From Burkholderiales bacterium (GTDB lineage Bacteria > Pseudomonadota > Gammaproteobacteria > Burkholderiales > SG8-39): DNA of 64,000 bases. Positions within the stretch are counted from its first letter, which is position 1. The number at the start of each line of letters is the position of its first letter. A program made the translations under genes and the position numbers. The stretch covers positions 147,070 through 211,069 of the forward strand of contig DATJYC010000049.1 of the NCBI GenBank assembly GCA_035499735.1, written 5' to 3'. Positions 57,935-64,000 of this stretch are shown here, piece after piece. The notes under the pieces were generated by a model. That model saw only the letters and a list, made by a program, of their open reading frames with translations, was not told the DNA's origin and searched no databases.

Positions 57935-60502
57935 ATGAGCAAAGCGGGCTTCTGGAAAAAAGACTGGTTTCTGGGTCTGGTGGTGTCGCTCGTGCTTCTG
58001 TTCTCGGGGGGCTCGCAGCTCATCCAGGGCCTGGAGCGCACCGCCTACGATTGGGGCGTCAAGGCTTCATCGAGGACTCCCTCCGACAAGGTCGCGATCA
58101 TCGCGATCGACAAGCAGAGCATAGACAACATCGGGCGCTGGCCGTGGTCGCGCGAGATCCACGCGAAGATGATTGACCGCCTCGCGAGCGCAAAGGCCAA
58201 GGTCATTGGCTACACCGTGTTCTTCTCGGAGCCGCAGATCGATCCGGGGCTCACTTACATCAACCGGCTGCTCGAGACCTACCACAAGATCGTCCCGGCC
58301 GATGCGAGCGCGCCGCCGCGCGGCGTTTCCCCCGAGGTCCTCGAGATGGGGGCGACCCTCCAGGAAGCCGAGACCACGCTCAATACCGACCGCAAGCTCG
58401 CGGACAGCTTTTCCAAGGCGGGCAACGTGGTCCTGCCGATGCTGTTTACTTTCGGCGAACCGCGTGGCAAGCCCGACAAGCCTCTTCCCGATTACGTTCG
58501 CAGGAATGCCGTGTCGATCCAGGGCAAGAGCGACGACATCCCCCTGCAAACGGCCGGAGTCGAAGTCCCGGTCGTCGATAGCCTGGGCGCGGCCGCGGCG
58601 GCGGTAGGGCATCTGAACGCCGTGCCCGACGTGGACGGCGCAATCCGGACCGAGGCGCTCGCCGTCACCTATTACGACGAGTTCTATCCGTCGCTGGCGG
58701 CGATGCTGGTCGCGAAGAGCCTCAACCTGTCAGCGAAGGACATCCAGATCCGCCCGGGCGAAGCGCTGCAGATCGGCAATTTCAAGGTGAGCGCCGACCC
58801 GACGATGCAGATGTTCACCTATTTCTACAAGGACCGCGACGGCAAGCCCGCGATCCAGGAGGACTCGTTCTTCGACGTGGCGACCGGCAAGATTCCGGCG
58901 GAAAAGTACCGCGACAAGATCGTGCTCATCGGGCCGACCGCGGCCGGGGTCGGCAGCATATTCGTGACGCCGGTGAATCCGGCGACCCCGGCGGTCGAGC
59001 TCCTGGCCCACACGGTTTCCTCGCTCCTGCAGGGGCACTTCTTCGTCGTCCCCACCTGGGGCTGGATCGTCGAGAGGCTGGTTTTCCTGCTCGTCGCCGC
59101 GTACCTGATCGCCCTGCTTCCGCGCCTGTCGGCGGGACTGGGGGCCGGTGTCACCGGCGGCATCGTGGCGTTGCTGCTCGCGGCGCACTTCGTCCTGATG
59201 ACGGGCCAGGGGATGTGGCTGCAGTTCATGCTTCCGCTCACGCTGCTCGTCGTGGGGCACGTGCTGCTGGTCACCAAGCGCTTCATGGTCACCGAGCGCG
59301 GCAAGGAGGTCTCCGACGCCCAGTCCGCCGCCAACGCGCGCATGCTCGGCCTCGCGTTTCAGGGTCAGGGCCAGCTCGACATGGCCTTCGACTACTTTCG
59401 CAAGGTGCCGCTTGACGACACCGTCATGGATAACCTGTACAACCTCGCTCTGGACTTCGAGCGCAAGCGCCAGTTCAACAAGGCCGAGGCCGTGTTCGGC
59501 TACATGGCCGGCTACAACCCGAAGTTCCGCGACCTCGAAGCCAAGCTCTCGCGCGCCAAGCAGATGTCGGAGACCGTCATTCTTGGAGGGGCGACGACCC
59601 ATCCAGGCGGAACCCTCGCGCTGGGCGGCGGGACCGAGAAACCCATGCTCGGGCGCTATCAGGTCGAGAAGGAGCTCGGCAAGGGCGCCATGGGCGTCGT
59701 GTACCTTGGCAAGGATCCAAAGATCGGCCGCGTCGTGGCCATCAAGACCATGGCGCTCTCGCAGGAGTTCGAGCCCGACGAGCTCGCCGAGGTGAAGGAG
59801 CGCTTCTTCCGGGAAGCCGAAACGGCTGGGCGGCTGAGCCACCCGAACATCGTCACCATCTTCGACGCAGGTGAAGAGCATGACCTGTGTTACATCGCCA
59901 TGGAGCTCCTCAAGGGCAAGGACCTGATCCCCTACACCAAGGCCGGCAGCACCCTGCCGCTCGACAAGGTCGTATCGATCGTCGCGCGCGTGGCGGATGC
60001 TCTGGGCTACGCGCACAAGCACAACGTGGTTCACCGCGACGTCAAGCCGGCCAACGTCATGTATGAGCCCGAAAACGACGTGGTCAAGGTGACCGACTTC
60101 GGCATTGCCCGGATCACCGATTCGTCCAAGACCAAGACGGGGATGGTGCTGGGAACACCTTCGTACATGTCCCCGGAGCAGCTGCAGGGGAAGAAGATCG
60201 ACGGCCGCAGCGACCTTTTTTCGCTAGCGGTGAGCCTGTACCAGCTCGCGTGCGGGGAGCTGCCATTCAAGGGAGACTCGATGGCGCAACTCATGTTCAA
60301 GATCGCCAACGAGAACGCCTCGGACATCCTCCAGTACAACCCCGCGCTTCCCCCGGCGTTGGTCGCCTTTCTCGACAAGGCCATGGCGAAGGAGGCCGAC
60401 CAGCGGTATCAAACGGGCGAGGAATTCGCTTCCGAACTGCGGGCCGCCTTCGGGGGCACCGGCGCCGCGGCATCCGGCACCGGGGTCGATATCACCCTCT
60501 AA
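57935..60502 (+). CDS. CHASE2-domain membrane sensor fused to TPR-like linker and Hanks-type Ser/Thr protein kinase
   Basis: N-terminal TM, CHASE2 motifs (IIAIDKQSIDNIGRWPWSR) and 3 TM helices. Kinase motifs are GKGAMGVVYLG, AIK, HRDVKPANV, DFGIAR and GTPSYMSPE. Confidence 0.88.
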   Translation: MSKAGFWKKDWFLGLVVSLVLLFSGGSQLIQGLERTAYDWGVKASSRTPSDKVAIIAIDKQSIDNIGRWPWSREIHAKMIDRLASAKAKVIGYTVFFSEPQIDPGLTYINRLLETYHKIVPADASAPPRGVSPEVLEMGATLQEAETTLNTDRKLADSFSKAGNVVLPMLFTFGEPRGKPDKPLPDYVRRNAVSIQGKSDDIPLQTAGVEVPVVDSLGAAAAAVGHLNAVPDVDGAIRTEALAVTYYDEFYPSLAAMLVAKSLNLSAKDIQIRPGEALQIGNFKVSADPTMQMFTYFYKDRDGKPAIQEDSFFDVATGKIPAEKYRDKIVLIGPTAAGVGSIFVTPVNPATPAVELLAHTVSSLLQGHFFVVPTWGWIVERLVFLLVAAYLIALLPRLSAGLGAGVTGGIVALLLAAHFVLMTGQGMWLQFMLPLTLLVVGHVLLVTKRFMVTERGKEVSDAQSAANARMLGLAFQGQGQLDMAFDYFRKVPLDDTVMDNLYNLALDFERKRQFNKAEAVFGYMAGYNPKFRDLEAKLSRAKQMSETVILGGATTHPGGTLALGGGTEKPMLGRYQVEKELGKGAMGVVYLGKDPKIGRVVAIKTMALSQEFEPDELAEVKERFFREAETAGRLSHPNIVTIFDAGEEHDLCYIAMELLKGKDLIPYTKAGSTLPLDKVVSIVARVADALGYAHKHNVVHRDVKPANVMYEPENDVVKVTDFGIARITDSSKTKTGMVLGTPSYMSPEQLQGKKIDGRSDLFSLAVSLYQLACGELPFKGDSMAQLMFKIANENASDILQYNPALPPALVAFLDKAMAKEADQRYQTGEEFASELRAAFGGTGAAASGTGVDITL

Positions 60503-60517
60503 ACCGAGCCGAGGACC

Positions 60518-61342
60518 ATGACCTTGTCGGGAGCGCTGGAGATCGCGAGTTGCACGGATCCCGGCATGGTGCGCGCGCACAACGAGGACTCGATCGCCTC
60601 CGATGGGCGCAAGGGGCTGGTCGTGCTCGCCGACGGCATGGGGGGGTACAACGCGGGCGAGGTCGCGAGCGGCATGGCGACCACGGTGATCATCACCGAG
60701 CTGCAGCAGTTGCTCGAGAAGTCCCCGCCGAACGAGACCGACCCTGCCAGCGGCCAGCTGGTTGCACACAAGCTCCTGCACGAGCAGATCGCCAAGGCGA
60801 ACACCTCGATCTACCAGGCCGCGCAGAGCCAGCCCCAGTATGCCGGCATGGGCACGACCCTCGTGGTCGCCCTGTTCTACGACAACAAGATGACGGTCGC
60901 CCACATCGGCGATTCACGCCTGTACCGCCTGCGGGGCGACGAGCTGAAACAGATCACCAAGGATCATTCCCTGCTGCAGGAGCAGATCGACAGCGGGGTC
61001 ATCACCCCGCAGCAGGCAAGGCAATCACAGAACAAGAATCTGGTCACGCGTGCACTCGGCATCGACCCGACGGTCGAACCGGAGATACACGATCACGACA
61101 CGCAGCCGGGGGACATCTACCTGCTCTGCTCGGACGGCCTTTGTGATATGGTTGGCGACGAGGACATCGGCCTGGCGCTGCAGACGCTGAGTTCCAATCT
61201 GAAGCTGTGCGCACAGCATCTGGTGCAGACGGCGAACGACAACGGGGGCCGGGACAACATATCGGTGATACTGGTCCGGGTGCTGCGGGATTTCCCCGCA
61301 TCCCGCGGCATCGTGAGCAAGCTGATGGGCTGGTTTAGATAG
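60518..61342 (+). CDS. PP2C-family Ser/Thr protein phosphatase
   Basis: RAHNEDS, LADGMGG, GMGTTLV and SDGL...DNISVILV motifs. Confidence 0.9.
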   Translation: MTLSGALEIASCTDPGMVRAHNEDSIASDGRKGLVVLADGMGGYNAGEVASGMATTVIITELQQLLEKSPPNETDPASGQLVAHKLLHEQIAKANTSIYQAAQSQPQYAGMGTTLVVALFYDNKMTVAHIGDSRLYRLRGDELKQITKDHSLLQEQIDSGVITPQQARQSQNKNLVTRALGIDPTVEPEIHDHDTQPGDIYLLCSDGLCDMVGDEDIGLALQTLSSNLKLCAQHLVQTANDNGGRDNISVILVRVLRDFPASRGIVSKLMGWFR

Positions 61343-61362
61343 TTGAGCAGAGGGATACTGCT

Positions 61363-62130
61363 ATGGCGAAGCTGATACTGAGCATGGACGGCCTGGTCCT
61401 GAAGGAAATCAACCTGACCAAGGAACGTACCACCATCGGCCGCAAGCCGCACAACGATATCCAGATCGACAACCTGGCGGTGAGCGGGGAGCACGCCGTC
61501 ATCGTCACCATCCTTCAAGATTCGTTCCTCGAGGACCTCGGAAGCACGAATGGAACGGTTGTCAACGGGCAGTCGGTTAAGAAGCACTTCCTCCAGAACA
61601 ACGACATCATCGAGCTCGGGAAATACAAGCTCAAGTACGTGAACGAATCGCCTGCCGGAGTGGCGAAGGCCGCTGATTTCGAGAAGACCATGGTGCTGCG
61701 CCCGGGGGCCGCGAAACCCGCACCCGCGCCGGCGCCCGCTCCCGCCGCTCCGCCCGCCGCCGCGGCCGCGCCGGCGGCGGCAAAGTCCTTCGGGGACACC
61801 GCCGCGGGTCCGGGGCCGGCCACGACCATGCCTCCGGCTTCGGCCAGGCCGGCGGTCGCGGCGCAGAAGGCCGCTGCGCTGCAGCTTCTATCGGGCGCCA
61901 ACGCCGGAAAGGAGCTCGATCTCACCAAGCCGCTCACCACGCTTGGCAAGCCCGGCGTGCAGGTGGCCGTCATCACGCGCCGGCCCCAGGGCTTCTTCAT
62001 CACCCACGTCGAGGGCGCCAGCTTTCCCGTGGTGAACGGGAAGCCCCTCGACGCCCAGGCCCACGCCCTCAACGATCACGACGTCATCGAACTCGCCGGG
62101 GTGAAGATGGAATTCTTCCTCAAGGCGTGA
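61363..62130 (+). CDS. Double FHA-domain protein with Ala/Pro-rich linker
   Basis: FHA1 is canonical (TIGRKPHNDIQI...SGEHAVI...GSTNGTVVNG). The linker is PAPAPAPAPAAPPAAAAAPAAA. FHA2 is degenerate and lacks the GR, SxxH and NG(T/S) signatures. Confidence 0.85.
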   Translation: MAKLILSMDGLVLKEINLTKERTTIGRKPHNDIQIDNLAVSGEHAVIVTILQDSFLEDLGSTNGTVVNGQSVKKHFLQNNDIIELGKYKLKYVNESPAGVAKAADFEKTMVLRPGAAKPAPAPAPAPAAPPAAAAAPAAAKSFGDTAAGPGPATTMPPASARPAVAAQKAAALQLLSGANAGKELDLTKPLTTLGKPGVQVAVITRRPQGFFITHVEGASFPVVNGKPLDAQAHALNDHDVIELAGVKMEFFLKA

Positions 62131-62165
62131 GCCCTGGTCCCTAGACCCAGAGCGGGGGAGGCCGC

Positions 62166-64000
62166 CTGAAGCAGCACATCGTCCGCATCGTATTGGGTCT
62201 CATCGTCACACTGGTATTCCTGGGGCACGCGGCAAGGTTCTACCAGTTCGGGTTCATCACCCGCCTCGACAACATCATCTACGACTACCGGCTGCGCTCC
62301 ACGATGCCGCGCGGCGTCGATGACCGGATCGTAATCCTGGACATCGACGAGCGCAGCCTCGACCCGCGCGCGCTCGGCCGCTGGCCCTGGAGCCGCGACA
62401 AGATCACCGCGCTCCTGCAGAAGCTGTTCGAGAAGTACGGCGTGCTGATCGTAGCTTTCGACGTCGTCTTTGCCGAGCCGGACGAGAGTTCCGGGCTCCC
62501 CGTGCTCGAGCGGCTGGGAAAGACGCGGCTGAAGGACGTGGGGGCGTTCCAGTCGGCGCTCGCGCATCTGCGCCCGGAGCTCGACTACGACACCACGTTC
62601 GCGAATTTCATTCGCGGCCGGCCGGTGGTCCTCGGCTACTACTTCAACAGCGATAAGAACGCGGTCGAGAGCGGCGCGCTCCCCGAGCCGGTGCTCCCCG
62701 CAGAGACCTTCACTGGAAGGAAGATTACGATTCTCGACTGGCGCGGCTATACGGGCAACCTGCCCGAGTTCCAGACGCCCTCGGTCAGCGCGGGCCACTT
62801 CAACCCCAGGGTCGACGACGACGGCGTCTCGCGCCGCGTTCCGATGCTCGCCGAGTACAAGGGCAAGTACTACGAGTCCTTCTCGCTGGCGATCGCGCGC
62901 CTGTACCTCGGCATCCAGGAGGCGGCGCGCAGCAAGAGCTCGGTGGTCAAGCTGCCCGACGTCACGATCAACGCCATACCGGAGCGCTTCGTCACCCGCG
63001 GGTACACCGGCGTGGAATGGCTGGAGGTCGGGCCGCTCAAGATTCCGGTGGACGACGAGCTCACGACGCTCGTGCCTTACCGCGGCCCGCGCGGAAGCTA
63101 TCCGTACATCTCGTTCGCCGACCTCTGGGCGGACCAAGTCCCCGTCGACAAGCTCCGGGGGAAGATCGCTCTTATCGGCGCCACCGCGCCGGGGCTGTTC
63201 GACCTGCGCTCCGCGCCGGTGGACAACGTCTACCCGGGCGTGGAGATCCACGCGAACCTGGTCGCGGGGATGCTCGACGGCAAGTTGAAGCAGAAGCCTC
63301 CCTACATGCTCGGTGCCGAGGTGATCTTGCTCATCATCGGCGGCATCGCGCTCACGTTCCTGATCCCGCTTCTCGCGCCGCTCTGGGCCTCGGCGGCGGC
63401 GCTCATCGGGATGGTCCTGATCACGGCCCTGGACGTCGCGCTGTGGTACTACACCGGCCTGGTGCTGCCGCTCGCGGCCTCGGTGTTGATGACCGCGACC
63501 CTGTATACCGTCAACATGGCCTACGGATACTTCGTTGAGGCGCGCTCCAAACGGCAATTCACGGAGCTCTTTGGGCAATATGTCCCGCCCGAGCTCGTGG
63601 ACAAGATGGCCGAGGATCCCGAGCAGTATACGATGGAGCCGCACAATGCCGACCTCACGATTTTGTTCTCCGACGTCCGCGGCTTCACGAGCATTTCCGA
63701 GGCGCTCAGCCCCGAGCACCTGCGCGAGTACATCAATGAGTACTTGACCGAAATGAGCGACATCATCCGGTCGAAATACCGGGGGACGCTGGACAAGTAC
63801 ATCGGCGACGCCATCATGGCCTTTTGGAACGCGCCGGTCGAAGACAACTTTCATCCGCGCAGCGGCATCCTCGCGGCGATGGAGATGCTGCGCCAGTGCG
63901 ACTCGCTCAACCAGAAGTTTGCGGCGCGAGGGTGGCCGACTCTGAAAATCGGCATAGGCGTGAACTCGGGAAGCGTGCGCGTCGGAGACATGGGTTCGAA
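62166..64000 (+). CDS. CHASE2-domain membrane sensor fused to class III adenylate/guanylate cyclase (3' end outside window)
   Basis: Not in the ORF track because there is no stop in the window. My translation reads LKQHIVRIVLGLIVTLVFLGHAARF...ILDIDERSLDPRALGRWPWSRD (CHASE2), then 3 TM helices, then LTILFSDVRGFTSISE...DKYIGDAIMAFWNAP...IGIGVNSG (cyclase). An in-frame TAG lies at 62142. The only plausible start is CTG 62166, behind a GGGGGAGG SD. Confidence 0.85.
   Translation, partial: MKQHIVRIVLGLIVTLVFLGHAARFYQFGFITRLDNIIYDYRLRSTMPRGVDDRIVILDIDERSLDPRALGRWPWSRDKITALLQKLFEKYGVLIVAFDVVFAEPDESSGLPVLERLGKTRLKDVGAFQSALAHLRPELDYDTTFANFIRGRPVVLGYYFNSDKNAVESGALPEPVLPAETFTGRKITILDWRGYTGNLPEFQTPSVSAGHFNPRVDDDGVSRRVPMLAEYKGKYYESFSLAIARLYLGIQEAARSKSSVVKLPDVTINAIPERFVTRGYTGVEWLEVGPLKIPVDDELTTLVPYRGPRGSYPYISFADLWADQVPVDKLRGKIALIGATAPGLFDLRSAPVDNVYPGVEIHANLVAGMLDGKLKQKPPYMLGAEVILLIIGGIALTFLIPLLAPLWASAAALIGMVLITALDVALWYYTGLVLPLAASVLMTATLYTVNMAYGYFVEARSKRQFTELFGQYVPPELVDKMAEDPEQYTMEPHNADLTILFSDVRGFTSISEALSPEHLREYINEYLTEMSDIIRSKYRGTLDKYIGDAIMAFWNAPVEDNFHPRSGILAAMEMLRQCDSLNQKFAARGWPTLKIGIGVNSGSVRVGDMGS

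Overview
High-GC (spot checks about 60-72% per line) proteobacterial chromosomal segment. The conserved synteny looks betaproteobacterial: rsmI divergent from lpoA-yraN-diaA-dolP, ilvE-zf-waaF, and yhdP-nitrilase-tldD. I support about 57 CDS (one runs off the 3' end and is missing from the ORF track) and one RNase P RNA. I saw no tRNA, rRNA, CRISPR array, IS element or phage gene.

Content by block:
- (1) 1-18 kb: housekeeping and envelope genes, including gpx, pyrC, rnpB, waaF, ilvE, yhdP and tldD.
- (2) 18.1-25.2 kb, minus strand: six translationally coupled genes. They encode a HAMP-GGDEF-EAL sensor, two tandem orphan PhnD-type binding proteins, two TsdA-like c-type cytochromes and a SulP/STAS permease. 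This is my best candidate for an undescribed system, a periplasmic oxyanion sensing/oxidation module wired to c-di-GMP.
- (3) 25.4-34.9 kb: glpK/gpsA, an ABC importer plus HAD phosphatase, a Usp protein, and PiT plus DUF47.
- (4) 35-57.7 kb: a C1/oxalate-formate region. It holds sucCD (SucC has a lysine-rich tail), a GT41 OGT-like TPR protein, a two-subunit NAD-type formate dehydrogenase, fhs, tctCBA, a Crp/Fnr regulator, oxc, frc and a stand-alone 10-formyl-THF-dehydrogenase-N-domain-like formyltransferase.
- (5) 57.9-64 kb: CHASE2 Ser/Thr kinase, PP2C, a double-FHA protein and a CHASE2 class III cyclase.

Directly in the DNA I found five TTGAY-N4-RTCAA palindromes. Four sit about 30 nt upstream of -10-like hexamers in front of sucC, fds, fhs and oxc. 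This predicts a Crp/Fnr-type regulon linking the C1 genes. The many long antisense ORFs in the track are GC-driven artefacts.
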